A stretch of 64,000 nt of DNA from Bacillota bacterium (GTDB taxonomy: Bacteria; Bacillota; SHA-98; UBA4971): the NCBI GenBank assembly GCA_030024085.1, contig JASEJE010000005.1:8735-72734 (forward strand), in the 5' to 3' direction. The translations under genes and the position numbers were made by a program. This document shows, piece by piece, positions 18,109-27,529 of the stretch (the stretch's first letter is position 1; each line of letters starts with the position of its first letter). The notes under the pieces are model-generated. The model saw only the letters and a program-made list of their open reading frames with translations. It had not been told where the DNA came from and searched no databases.

Positions 18109-19152
18109 TCATTTGCTGTGCTCGACCTCGGCCATCTCCTTCAGGCTCTCCCGGTACGGAGGGCGAGCCACGCCTCTCTCGGTGATGATTGCCGTAACAT
18201 ATCGTGCAGGAGTAACGTCAAACGCCGGGTTGAAGACCGCCACGTGCTGGGGAGCCACCCGATGCCCGAGGATCTCCACCACCTCCCTCGGATCCCTTTC
18301 CTCGATGGGGATATCCCGACCGGTCGCGCAGGCAAGGTCCAGCGTTGAGACGGGGGCCGCGACGTAGAACGGGATCCCGTTCTCCTTCGCAAGCACCGCC
18401 ACGCTGTACGTGCCTATCTTGTTCGCGACATCCCCGTTCGCTGCGATCCTGTCGGCCCCCACGATGACGCAGTCGACCTTGCCAAGGCTCATGACGTAGC
18501 CAGCCACGTTATCCGTGATGAGCGTTACAGGGATACCGTCCTCCACAAGCTCGAACGCGGTGAGCCTCGCGCCCTGGAGATATGGCCGGGTTTCATCGGC
18601 GAAAACGTGGACACGCTTTCCCTGCTCCACCGCGGCGCGCACGATACCCAGCGCTGTGCCGTACCCGGCCGTAGCGAGGGCGCCGGCGTTGCAGTGAGTA
18701 AGCACGGTCACCGGGTCCCCCAGGAGGCTCGCCCCGTTCCTGCCTATCTGCCGGTTGGCCTCCACGTCTTCCTCCTCCGTCTCCCGGGCAGCCGCCTCCA
18801 TAACCTCGGGAATCCTGCACCAATCTGGGCACCCAAGGGCAACGTCCAGCATCTTTCCCACGGCCCACGCGAGGTTCACAGCTGTGGGCCTCGCGGCTGT
18901 GAGATCCCGTGCCGCCTCTCTCAAGCGTTCGATGTACACGGCACGCTCGCCCGCATGGAACTCACGAGACGCGAGGACCATGCCATATGCGGCGCTTATC
19001 CCGATGGCCGGCGCTCCCCGCACCTTCATCGTGCGGATTGCATCGCCTACGTCCCGGTAACTCCTGCAGGTGACATACTCCTTTTCGAGCGGAAGCCGGG
19101 TCTGGTCGAGAAGCTCGAGAGCGCTCCCGTCCCAGACGAGTGCTTTCAGCAT
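18109..19152 (-). CDS. mtnA: S-methyl-5-thioribose-1-phosphate isomerase family (MtnA / eIF-2B-like)
   Basis: [27 protein letters not shown]...[19 protein letters not shown]. The start ATG is at 19150-19152; the ORF-track extension to 19356 is probably untranslated. Confidence 0.8.
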   Translation of the reverse strand: MLKALVWDGSALELLDQTRLPLEKEYVTCRSYRDVGDAIRTMKVRGAPAIGISAAYGMVLASREFHAGERAVYIERLREAARDLTAARPTAVNLAWAVGKMLDVALGCPDWCRIPEVMEAAARETEEEDVEANRQIGRNGASLLGDPVTVLTHCNAGALATAGYGTALGIVRAAVEQGKRVHVFADETRPYLQGARLTAFELVEDGIPVTLITDNVAGYVMSLGKVDCVIVGADRIAANGDVANKIGTYSVAVLAKENGIPFYVAAPVSTLDLACATGRDIPIEERDPREVVEILGHRVAPQHVAVFNPAFDVTPARYVTAIITERGVARPPYRESLKEMAEVEHSK

Positions 19153-19247
19153 GTCGTATTTCCCCCTCTTGCGGTCCGATCTCGCGCTCTGCCGACTCTG
19201 AACCTGCGCCGCAGCAGCAGCACATGAACACCGAGCGCGCGGGCCGC

Positions 19248-20057
19248 TCACTTCATGAGGCCGCGGATAAGCGTCCGCCCGGTCAGCGTGAGATACGTGT
19301 TTGCGACCACCAGGGCGAGGAACAGCCCCACCACAACGGTTTCCCGGGCGGTCCATTTGAATCTCAGGTAAAACGTGCGTTTCGTGGACGCACCGAACCC
19401 CTTCCCCTCGAGCGCCATGGCAAGGCCGTCGCTGCTCCTGATGGCGGTGAGGAATATGGGCACGAGAAGTGGAATGTACTTCCGTACACGCTCGATGAAG
19501 GACCCCGAGTCGATGTCAAGGCCCCTGGATCTCTGCGCCTGGGCGATGGTGGCGCCGGCTCCCACGAATGTCGGCACGAGGCGAAGCGCCGTCGAGAACG
19601 CGAACGCCATCGGATATGGTAGGCCCAGCAATATGAGCCCTTGCGAGATCTCCTCATTCTTGGTGGTAGACAGGAATACCATTCCTGCGATGATCATGGC
19701 GTCCAGCTTCAGGCCTGTGCCGATGCCGTACAGGATGGATTGCCTCGAGACCCGCCAGATGAGGACGTCTGTCCCCTTCGCGAAAAAGGTCCAGACCAGG
19801 GTCGAGAATATGAAGATGAAGAACAGGATCTGCCGTATCCGCCTGAGGTTCTCGAGAGATCTCGCCGCTGCGCCGTATGCCAGGATGACGGCGAAAGCCC
19901 CTGCAACCCAGAGCGGGTGCTGGTTGAGCAGAGGCAGCGCAAATGAGAAGAGAAGCACGAACAGCTTGGCCCTGGGATCCATCCGGTGGATCGGAGTATC
20001 TTTGTCAAGGTACAGGTACAGGTTCACTTCCTTGCCCCCTCTTCCCGTCCCACGCAT
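19248..20057 (-). CDS. ECF transporter transmembrane (T) component (EcfT/CbiQ family)
   Basis: 269-aa polytopic protein with the CbiQ/EcfT-type conserved cytoplasmic loop region ([16 protein letters not shown]). It is adjacent to the duplicated ATPase. Confidence 0.8.
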   Translation of the reverse strand: MRGTGRGGKEVNLYLYLDKDTPIHRMDPRAKLFVLLFSFALPLLNQHPLWVAGAFAVILAYGAAARSLENLRRIRQILFFIFIFSTLVWTFFAKGTDVLIWRVSRQSILYGIGTGLKLDAMIIAGMVFLSTTKNEEISQGLILLGLPYPMAFAFSTALRLVPTFVGAGATIAQAQRSRGLDIDSGSFIERVRKYIPLLVPIFLTAIRSSDGLAMALEGKGFGASTKRTFYLRFKWTARETVVVGLFLALVVANTYLTLTGRTLIRGLMK

Positions 20058-21748
20058 GCCACGAGCTCATCCACGGTGAGAACCGGAAGCCCGAGCCTGG
20101 CGCCGAAGCGCACGATCTGCGGCGGCTTGAGGAACACGTCGGCAAGCTCTTTCTCGCGGACGAACACGTCCCTCACGGGTCCGTCCATCACCACCTGCCC
20201 CTCCTTGAGCACTACGGCACGGTGGGCGTATGCTGCCGTCACCCACATGCTGTGGGTGACAATAATGATCGTGTGGCCCATCTCGTTCAGCCTTTTTATG
20301 AGGTCCATCATGCTTTCTTGCTCTTTGTAGTCGAGGCCCGTAGTCGGCTCGTCGAGGATGATGACTTCAGGCTTCGCTGCAAGCACCGATGCCACGGCCA
20401 CGCGCTGGCGTTGCCCCTTCGTGAGCGAGAACGGATCTTCCTCTTCGCTCCCGGTAAGCCCCACGGCCTCGAGGGCATCGACAACCCGCGCCTTCACCTC
20501 CCCCTCCGGCACGCCGAACAGCCTTGGCCCGTACGCGACCTCGTCAAACACGGTCTGCGCGAAGATCTGGTGGTCCGGGTTCTGGAACACGTAGCCCACC
20601 GTCTTGCTCAGCTCGAACATGCTGGTGGCCCGCGTGTCCCTGGCGTTCACCACGACCTCGCCGCCGGTGGGTGCAAGCAGGCCATTGAAATGCTTGACAA
20701 GCGTCGTCTTGCCGCTGCCGTTCTGGCCGAGCACCGCGACGAACTCTCCTCGCCGGATGGTGAGGTCCACGCCCCTCAAGGCCTCAAGCCCGTTTTCGTA
20801 GCGGTGAACGAGGTTCCTGACCTCAATCACGGGGTCGCCGTAGCCCGCCTGCTGCTGCCGGGTCTTCTCCGACACCAGGGAGTCCAGCCTTCTCCTGTCG
20901 GCGGCGAGGCCCAGCCTCTCCCAGGCAGAGAGGCCCTCCTCCACGGTGAGCGGAAGCTCGCCCCCATCGAGGGATGCCCCTGGCCCGAGGGATGCGAAGA
21001 ACTCCGCAACCTCGAGGGGCTTGACGGAACACTCTTCGAGCAGCGCGGGACTCGCCAGGATGGCCCGCGCGTTCCCCTCTGCCACGATCCGGCCGTCACG
21101 CATGAGGACGATCCTGTCGGCTTTGAGAGCCTCCTCGGTCTCATGCTCCACTATGAGCATGGTCATGTTCTTCTCCCGGCTGAGCTCGTCGGCTACCTGG
21201 AATACGTCGAACTTGCCGATGGGGTCCAGGTCAGTGGTAGGCTCGTCCATGCATATGATCCGTGGCTGGATCGACAGCGCCGAGGCAATGGCGAGCCGCT
21301 GCTTCTGGCCACCGGAGAGCGTGGCGGGCTGTCTCGCCTCGAAGCCATCCAGGCGTACCCTCTTGAGGGTGGCGTGGATGCGCCGCCCTATCTCGTCGGG
21401 GTCAACGCCGAAGTTCTCGGGACCAAAGGCCACCTCGAGCTCGACGTTAGTGGAAAAGATCTGCGTCTCGAAGTCCTGGAAGACAAGGACGATGTCCCTC
21501 GCGAGATCGCTGACCTTGTGCTTCTTGGTAGGTACGCCGAACACTCTGACCTCGCCCGAGTATTTTCCTTTCTTGAAGTTCGGGATGAGCCCGTTCAAGG
21601 TGAGGCAGAACGTAGATTTCCCGGCGCCACTCGGGCCCATCAGAACGACGAACTCCCCGGGGCTTATTGCGAGGTCTACCCCGGAGATGGCCTCGCGCTC
21701 GCTGCCCTTGTACGCAAAGGACAGGCCCTGGACCTCGACAGCGTTCAT
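20024..21748 (-). CDS. ECF transporter ATPase, fused tandem EcfA-EcfA' (two ABC domains)
   Basis: Two Walker A motifs (GPSGAGKST; GQNGSGKTT), two LSGGQ-type signatures (LSGGQKQR; LTKGQRQR) and two Walker B (ICMDEPTTDLD; IILDEPTTGLD). Confidence 0.85.
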   Translation of the reverse strand: MNAVEVQGLSFAYKGSEREAISGVDLAISPGEFVVLMGPSGAGKSTFCLTLNGLIPNFKKGKYSGEVRVFGVPTKKHKVSDLARDIVLVFQDFETQIFSTNVELEVAFGPENFGVDPDEIGRRIHATLKRVRLDGFEARQPATLSGGQKQRLAIASALSIQPRIICMDEPTTDLDPIGKFDVFQVADELSREKNMTMLIVEHETEEALKADRIVLMRDGRIVAEGNARAILASPALLEECSVKPLEVAEFFASLGPGASLDGGELPLTVEEGLSAWERLGLAADRRRLDSLVSEKTRQQQAGYGDPVIEVRNLVHRYENGLEALRGVDLTIRRGEFVAVLGQNGSGKTTLVKHFNGLLAPTGGEVVVNARDTRATSMFELSKTVGYVFQNPDHQIFAQTVFDEVAYGPRLFGVPEGEVKARVVDALEAVGLTGSEEEDPFSLTKGQRQRVAVASVLAAKPEVIILDEPTTGLDYKEQESMMDLIKRLNEMGHTIIIVTHSMWVTAAYAHRAVVLKEGQVVMDGPVRDVFVREKELADVFLKPPQIVRFGARLGLPVLTVDELVACVGREEGARK

Positions 21749-22512
21749 GAGGTTCGAATGCCCCCTTCTGTTCTCATGGCTCTCCTGATGACTGAAAAGT
21801 GGAAGAAATCCGGATGGAAGTAGTCTTCGCCGAACGCCACAGCATCGCCGTCCTCACTATAGTGGACCTGCTCAAGAAGCAGTAGTGGTTGTCCCTCGGT
21901 AAGCCCCAGCTTTCGCGAAAGCGCCCTATCGGCACCGACAGGTCGGATGTCAGCCCTAACCAGCTCCACCTGGATACGCTGGGCGGCAAGCATCCTGAAG
22001 AGCGAACCCGCATACCTTGTGAGAAACTCCTCCGGCGAAAGCAGGCGGGGCACCAGCCTGGCTGGCACTCTGTCCCTTCCGTAGACGACGGGCTGCCCGT
22101 CCGCGGTCCTTATCCGGTCAAAGGTAACTATATCGAGGTCGTCACCAAGCCCAAGCCGCTCCGCAAGCCGCGCGTCCGCGCGCTCCGACCTCACTACAAG
22201 GGAGGTGGTCCCAGGCTGCATGCCCAGTTGCCTGATGAGATCTGTGATGCTCGAAAGCTCCTCGATGCCGCTCTGTATCATCCCGGCGCGGCGTCTCACG
22301 AACGACCCTACGCCATGCTTTCGAGCGATGATGCCCTGGTTCTCGAGCACCCTGAGGGCTTCCCGGACCGTCGAGCGGCTTACGCCGAGCCTAGTGGCCA
22401 GTTCCTGCTCAGACGGCAGCCGGTCACCCGGCTGATGCGCAGCTTCGATCATGGCGACGATTTCATCCTTCACCTGCAGGAAGATGGGTCTTGCCACCAC
22501 CGGCACGGGCAA
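21745..22512 (-). CDS. GntR-family transcriptional regulator (HutC-subfamily-like, HTH plus UTRA effector domain)
   Basis: N-terminal HTH (RLPSEQELATRLGVSRSTVREALRVL). It is the first gene of the operon with the ECF/mtnA genes. TTG or GTG start near 22506-22512. Confidence 0.8.
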   Translation of the reverse strand: MPVPVVARPIFLQVKDEIVAMIEAAHQPGDRLPSEQELATRLGVSRSTVREALRVLENQGIIARKHGVGSFVRRRAGMIQSGIEELSSITDLIRQLGMQPGTTSLVVRSERADARLAERLGLGDDLDIVTFDRIRTADGQPVVYGRDRVPARLVPRLLSPEEFLTRYAGSLFRMLAAQRIQVELVRADIRPVGADRALSRKLGLTEGQPLLLLEQVHYSEDGDAVAFGEDYFHPDFFHFSVIRRAMRTEGGIRTS

Positions 22513-22718
22513 TCCTCCTCTGAAGGCGGGCTCTGCACCATAGGCGCCACTTCGTTACCTCCGAGGCCTTTCGCATGCTCGCCGTTGGAAAGCCTACCGG
22601 GCCTGCCGGGCCTTAAGACCCGCGACCCCGCCACAACCCCAGCCCGTCCGGCCGCGGGCCCTGATGCTGCTATGCCTCTTGTAAGCTCGCGCCACGTGTC
22701 TGGTCCCGTGATGCCTGG

Positions 22719-22735
22719 CGACCAGACGTTGGTCG
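22719..22735. promoter_or_regulatory. Inverted repeat CGACCA-N5-TGGTCG, candidate GntR/HutC-type operator in the leader of the GntR gene
   Basis: Perfect 6-bp arms. The GACCA...TGGTC architecture resembles HutC/NagR-type operators. It lies ~210 nt upstream of the regulator start. Confidence 0.3.
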
Positions 22736-23107
22736 TCCGGCAACTCTGCCTGCACTCCTCTTCGATGCAGCCGGTCACTTTCCTGCTGAATCATAGCACA
22801 TATTTACGATGTATTCGCCTGTTACTATCTGGCACTGACTCCTGACGCTGGCCTCTCCCGAGCTACAACCCGGCCCTGAGGCCTGCGTGCTTTTCGCTTC
22901 ACTTTGGCCTGCCGGCGGCAGGCGGGGACATCCGGGCGTTCCTGCCGCACGCGAGAGGCCCCCGTACGATATCTCAGGCTTCAGCCTCGGCTGTTCCCAC
23001 GATACCGACCATCGCACTGGCGTCTTGAGGTGCCCCGCTCTGACTCAAAGAGACATCCCGGACGAATCCCGGCCTCCTAACTTCCCATCCGCTCCTGCCG
23101 CCGGAGG

Positions 23108-23659
23108 TCACCCGATTCTGTACCTGCGCACGCCCTCTTCGTAAAGGTCGTTCCCGTACATGTCGTTGACCACAACAGCCGGGAAGCCTTCCACGGTGAG
23201 CTTCCTGATAGCCTCGGGGCCGAGGTCTTCGTATGCCACAATCTCCGATGCCTTCACGCACTTGGCGAGAAGCGCGCCAGCACCGCCGATGGCGGCGAAG
23301 TACACTGCCTTGAACCTGACCATGGCGTCCCTGACGGCCTGAGAGCGGCTCCCCTTGCCGATCATACCTTTGAGCCCATCCTCCATGAGAAGCGGGGCGT
23401 ACGAGTCCATTCTGTAGCTTGTGGTCGGCCCCGCTGATCCGATCGGCTTTCCGGGGCGCGCCGGTGCCGGGCCGACGTAGTATATGATCTGCCCCCGGAT
23501 GTCCATGGGAAGCTCTTTCCCCTCGGCAAGCAAGGCCACCAGCCTCTTATGTGCGGCATCCCGCGCAGTGTACAGGACTCCCGATATCCTCACGTTGTCG
23601 CCAGCCTTCAGCCTGGCAACGACTTCATCAGTGAGCGGAGTAGATATTTCGATGGCCAC
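23108..23659 (-). CDS. Fe-S hydro-lyase beta subunit (class I fumarate hydratase / L(+)-tartrate dehydratase beta type)
   Basis: The C-terminal domain family pattern (...GPEAIRKLTVEGFPAVVVNDMYGNDLYEEG) matches the FumB-C/TtdB family. The GTG start at 23657-23659 follows GAAGGAGG. Confidence 0.7.
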   Translation of the reverse strand: MAIEISTPLTDEVVARLKAGDNVRISGVLYTARDAAHKRLVALLAEGKELPMDIRGQIIYYVGPAPARPGKPIGSAGPTTSYRMDSYAPLLMEDGLKGMIGKGSRSQAVRDAMVRFKAVYFAAIGGAGALLAKCVKASEIVAYEDLGPEAIRKLTVEGFPAVVVNDMYGNDLYEEGVRRYRIG

Positions 23660-23685
23660 CTGTGATGCCTCCTTCAACTGGGCGC

Positions 23686-24579
23686 TCAGAGCACAACGGT
23701 TTCGTGCGGGCCGACGTGGCAGTTGAGGTTCACCGCCACGGGCATGCTTGCGATATGGCACGGCGCATACTCGATGTTGACAGCAAGCGCCGTGGTCCTC
23801 CCGCCAAACCCCTGCGGCCCGATGCCAAGATTGTTGATCTCTGTGAGGAGTTCCTCTTCCAGCTTCGCGTACACCGGGTCAGGGTTGTGGGACCCTACAG
23901 GGCGCAGGAGCGCCTTCTTTGCGAGTAGCGCTACGCGGTCAAAGGTCCCTCCGATCCCGACCCCGACCACCACCGGGGGGCAGGGGTTGGAGCCGGCCTT
24001 CTGGACGCGCTCCACGACGAACTTCTTCACGCCCTCCACCCCGGCCGCAGGCGTCAGCATGGCGACGCCGCTCATGTTCTCCGCGCCGCCGCCCTTGGGC
24101 GCCACCGTTATCTTGACATTCGTGCCGGGGACGATATCGACATAGATCATGGCAGGCGTGTTGTCCCCAGTGTTCACCCTCTTGAAAAGGGGGTCGTTCA
24201 CCAGGGACTTCCGAAGGTATCCTTCGGTGTAGCCCTGTCTCACGCCCTCGTTGATGGCCGCATAAAGGTCGCCGCCGACGAAGTGGACGTCCTGCCCTAC
24301 CTCAAGAAAGACCATCGCCACTCCCGTGTCCTGGCATGCAGGGACCCCTTCTTCCCGTGCGATGCGGTGGTTCTCGAGTATCTGCTTGAGGACCTCCCTG
24401 CCCACAGGGGACTCCTCCGTCTCCACCGCGCGTTCGAGCGCGCCTATGGTCTCGCGCGGAACGTTGCAGTTCGCGCTGACACACAACTTCTTCATCGCAG
24501 CTGTGACGTCCGATACATGGATCTCCCGTAACCCGTTGCACCCCATACGATCGCCTCCAATCCGTCCGGATCCGGCCAC
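23686..24579 (-). CDS. Fe-S hydro-lyase alpha subunit (class I fumarate hydratase / tartrate dehydratase alpha type)
   Basis: Cys-containing N-terminal catalytic domain (...ACQDTGVAMVFLEVGQDV...). It sits immediately upstream of the beta subunit. The true start is probably an internal Met (~24546). Confidence 0.7.
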   Translation of the reverse strand: MAGSGRIGGDRMGCNGLREIHVSDVTAAMKKLCVSANCNVPRETIGALERAVETEESPVGREVLKQILENHRIAREEGVPACQDTGVAMVFLEVGQDVHFVGGDLYAAINEGVRQGYTEGYLRKSLVNDPLFKRVNTGDNTPAMIYVDIVPGTNVKITVAPKGGGAENMSGVAMLTPAAGVEGVKKFVVERVQKAGSNPCPPVVVGVGIGGTFDRVALLAKKALLRPVGSHNPDPVYAKLEEELLTEINNLGIGPQGFGGRTTALAVNIEYAPCHIASMPVAVNLNCHVGPHETVVL

Positions 24580-24625
24580 TCCTCATCCCCTGCCCGTCGG
24601 GTGCTTGCAAGGTGGGCACCCGCCC

Positions 24626-25981
24626 TCACTTGCCCGTCACGGACACACCTTCGAGCTGGATGTAAGGCAGCCTCATGTCGCCGATGGTTACTGCTTCTCT
24701 TGATACGGCCACTATGTGTGCGAATAGTTCGTAGATGTTTCCTGCGATCATCACCTCTTTGACTGGCTTTGCGACCTCGCCGTGCTCGACGTAATGGCCG
24801 CCCTTGACCACGCCGGAGAAATCGCCGCTTACGGGGTCGAGGTTGCCCGAGAACCTGTTGACTATGAGGCCCTTCGGGGTGTTCCGGACCATCTCGTCAA
24901 GGGAAATCGTGCCGGGCGCAACGACGAGGTTGGTCGTTCCGATGCCGGGCGTGGTCTGGTCGCTCCCGACCGCGCGCCCGTTAGACCGAACGCCGTCTTT
25001 GCGCGCAGTATAGCAGTTGTAGAGATAGTGTCCAAGCACCCCGCCTCCGATGATCTCAAGCGGCTCAGGCGGCACCCCTTCGCGATCGAACGAGGTCGAG
25101 CCCACGCCCCCAGGAATGCGCGGGTCGTCGGTGACGCGAAGAAGCCCCGACGCCACGTTCGCCCCGAGCTTCCCCGCCCATCGGGACCTTCCGTTCTGGA
25201 CGTTTTCGGCGCTCACCGAAAACACGATGGGCTCCGCGATGAGTTCGCCGCCGGCGTAGGGCGTGATTATCACGGCCCCCTTGAAGCTGGGGATGGTCGT
25301 CGCCCCAAGAGCCTTCACAACCTTCTCGGCGAGCCGCCGCCCGCTCGCCTCCGGGTCGATGTCCGCCAGGACGCACGATCCTGAGTACTCCACGTCGAAC
25401 GACGACACATCGTCGCCGTCGCGGGCGAATCCCATGCCCACACACGACAAACTGGTTCCTCTCTCCGACAGGCGCACGCCCTCCGAGTTCACGATGGCGC
25501 GCTCGCCGACCTGCACGACGAAGCTGGCGGAGTCGATGGTGACGCGACGGTCGTATCCCCTCGCCGACTCCACGAACCTGCGCCCGAGGTCGAGCGCGTC
25601 TTCCAGCGCAAGGCCCTCCGCCCTCTCATCGTAAATCCCGGGCACCGGCCGCGTCTCCGACGGCTCCGGAAGTACGTGGTTCGGGTCCTCCGGCGATGCC
25701 GCCGCTATGGCAAGCGCCGCGCAGATGGCATCGTCCACAGCCTCGTCTGTCAGCACGTTCGTTGCGGAAAACCCCTGTCTTGCGCCGCGGATCACGCGCA
25801 CCCCGACCCCCTCGTAGGTGTCGCCCTTGGGCACCTGGAGGTCGTTCTTCTCGAAGACCGCCTCGAGCTTGCGCGTCCTAAGGTAATAAACCTCGGCCTC
25901 GTCAGCACCCCTCGCCCTTGCGCGGTGCACGAGTTCATCGCAGAGTTCCACGCCCTTCATGCCACGCCCTCCTTCACTCAT
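24626..25981 (-). CDS. TldD/PmbA-family metalloprotease (PmbA/TldE-like)
   Basis: 451-aa protein of the PmbA/TldD fold. It is paired with a TldD paralogue, as in tldD/tldE modules. Confidence 0.75.
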   Translation of the reverse strand: MSEGGRGMKGVELCDELVHRARARGADEAEVYYLRTRKLEAVFEKNDLQVPKGDTYEGVGVRVIRGARQGFSATNVLTDEAVDDAICAALAIAAASPEDPNHVLPEPSETRPVPGIYDERAEGLALEDALDLGRRFVESARGYDRRVTIDSASFVVQVGERAIVNSEGVRLSERGTSLSCVGMGFARDGDDVSSFDVEYSGSCVLADIDPEASGRRLAEKVVKALGATTIPSFKGAVIITPYAGGELIAEPIVFSVSAENVQNGRSRWAGKLGANVASGLLRVTDDPRIPGGVGSTSFDREGVPPEPLEIIGGGVLGHYLYNCYTARKDGVRSNGRAVGSDQTTPGIGTTNLVVAPGTISLDEMVRNTPKGLIVNRFSGNLDPVSGDFSGVVKGGHYVEHGEVAKPVKEVMIAGNIYELFAHIVAVSREAVTIGDMRLPYIQLEGVSVTGK

Positions 25982-27350
25982 GGCGTCCGCCGATGGTCAC
26001 GCGGCACCGGAGGTACGGCCCACCCGCGTCGACCTTCGCAGGTTGCCACTTCCCGCAATGACCCGAACCCAGGTTCAGCTCGAAGTCGCCGGAAACCGCA
26101 TCCACGCTCTTCAGCACCTCGAACGCCTGGCCGGAGATGGTTATGCCCTTGACAAGCTCGCCGACCTTCCCGTGCCTCACCCGGTATGCCTCCGAGATCC
26201 CGAACATGAACTCGGCGGTGGCGTCAGCCTGCCCCCCCTGCCCCATTTCCTTGAGGAAGAAGCCATCCTCGATACCAGCGACCATATCGTCGAGCTTCGA
26301 GGCGCCGGGGAGGATGAACGTATTTGTCATCCTTATGATCGGCTCATCGCGGTAAGTGAACGCCCGCGCGTTGCCACGCGGCACCGTGTCGAATGCAGCC
26401 GCCGACTCGCGGCTGTGAAGGTAGTTCCGAAGGACTCCCTTATCGATGACGACCGTCCGCTCGCCCAGCACGCCCTCGTCGTCCACGAGCGCCATACCTG
26501 CTGCGCCACGCATCGTGCCGTCGTCCACCAGCGTCACGAGGTCGGACGCGACCTTCTCGGCGATCTTGTCCTTCACGACGGACCCGCTTTGTACGAAGTC
26601 TGCTTCGACCGTGTGCCCTATGGCCTCGTGGGACAGCACCCCCACAAGCTGCGGGTCGAGGATGACGGTGTACTGACCGCCCTTCGCATAGCCTGCGTCG
26701 AGTTTCCTTACGGCGAGGTCAACGGCCTCGTCAACCATCTTGTTGAGGTCCCGCTTTCTCATGAGGTCATGCCAGCCGCCGGTGACCCCCCAGCCCTTGG
26801 CGCCGGTCTCGCGCTCATCGCCCCGTCCGACCGTGACGAATACGTGGAAACTGGGCTTGTGGTCCACGATGTGCGCCTCGGCGCCATCGGACGTCACGAT
26901 ATACTTCTCATCTGCATATTCGGTGTAGATCACGATGCTTCCCACAACGAGCGGCGAGACCTCGCGCATGCGTTTCTCGGCAGCCATAACGACTCCAATC
27001 TTCGTAGCTATGTCCGGCTCGTCTTCGCGGGCCTGGTAGATGAACTCCCCTTTCCCGAGGCGGGCCGGCGCAAGCCTCGCCTTCTCCCGCCTCAGGCGGG
27101 CGCCCGCCCTCGCTGCGTCGGACGCCTCGGCGATGGCTTTCACGAGCCCTTCCCGGGTTACATCTGTGGTCGAAACGAACCCCCACGACCCATCGACGAG
27201 GCATCGCACGCCGGCACCCGCCAGGGTGCGCCGCTCCACGCGCTTGAGCGTGCCGTTCCGCGCATCGATGGCTGTCTGGAGCCGCCTGTGGTATCTGATC
27301 TCCGCGTAACCCGGCGCTCCTGCCAGAGCCGACTTCAATAGATCGAGCAT
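25974..27350 (-). CDS. TldD-family metalloprotease
   Basis: HEAIGHTVEAD (HExxxH-like TldD motif) and the overall TldD architecture. The start is at MLDLLKSAL. Confidence 0.8.
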   Translation of the reverse strand: MLDLLKSALAGAPGYAEIRYHRRLQTAIDARNGTLKRVERRTLAGAGVRCLVDGSWGFVSTTDVTREGLVKAIAEASDAARAGARLRREKARLAPARLGKGEFIYQAREDEPDIATKIGVVMAAEKRMREVSPLVVGSIVIYTEYADEKYIVTSDGAEAHIVDHKPSFHVFVTVGRGDERETGAKGWGVTGGWHDLMRKRDLNKMVDEAVDLAVRKLDAGYAKGGQYTVILDPQLVGVLSHEAIGHTVEADFVQSGSVVKDKIAEKVASDLVTLVDDGTMRGAAGMALVDDEGVLGERTVVIDKGVLRNYLHSRESAAAFDTVPRGNARAFTYRDEPIIRMTNTFILPGASKLDDMVAGIEDGFFLKEMGQGGQADATAEFMFGISEAYRVRHGKVGELVKGITISGQAFEVLKSVDAVSGDFELNLGSGHCGKWQPAKVDAGGPYLRCRVTIGGRHE

Positions 27351-27529
27351 GACTCCACCTTCCTTCCTCATCAATCCGGTCCTCGCCAATCCCGGACCTG
27401 GCGGCCTACCGCGTGGGCACCACCCCATGCCAGCATAGACATGGCAGGCCTTCCCCCTCGAAGGGCCCGCCGCCTCTCACTAACGCGCTGCCGCGTGCCT
27501 CGTCCGCCGCGCGAAACCCCTCCCTGTAG

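Noticed and set aside
19943-21823. 626-aa plus-strand ORF, and many similar long ORFs (1418-2290, 13523-14686, 15193-16431, 25959-27341, 31007-31996, 32579-33994, 42261-43937, 59077-60534)
   Set aside because: Each lies antisense to a minus-strand ORF with clear conserved catalytic motifs (ABC ATPase, Kbl, MetC-like, ADH, TldD, GldG, P-type ATPase, SBP). Their products are low-complexity Arg/Pro/Gly-rich. They are typical high-GC shadow ORFs.
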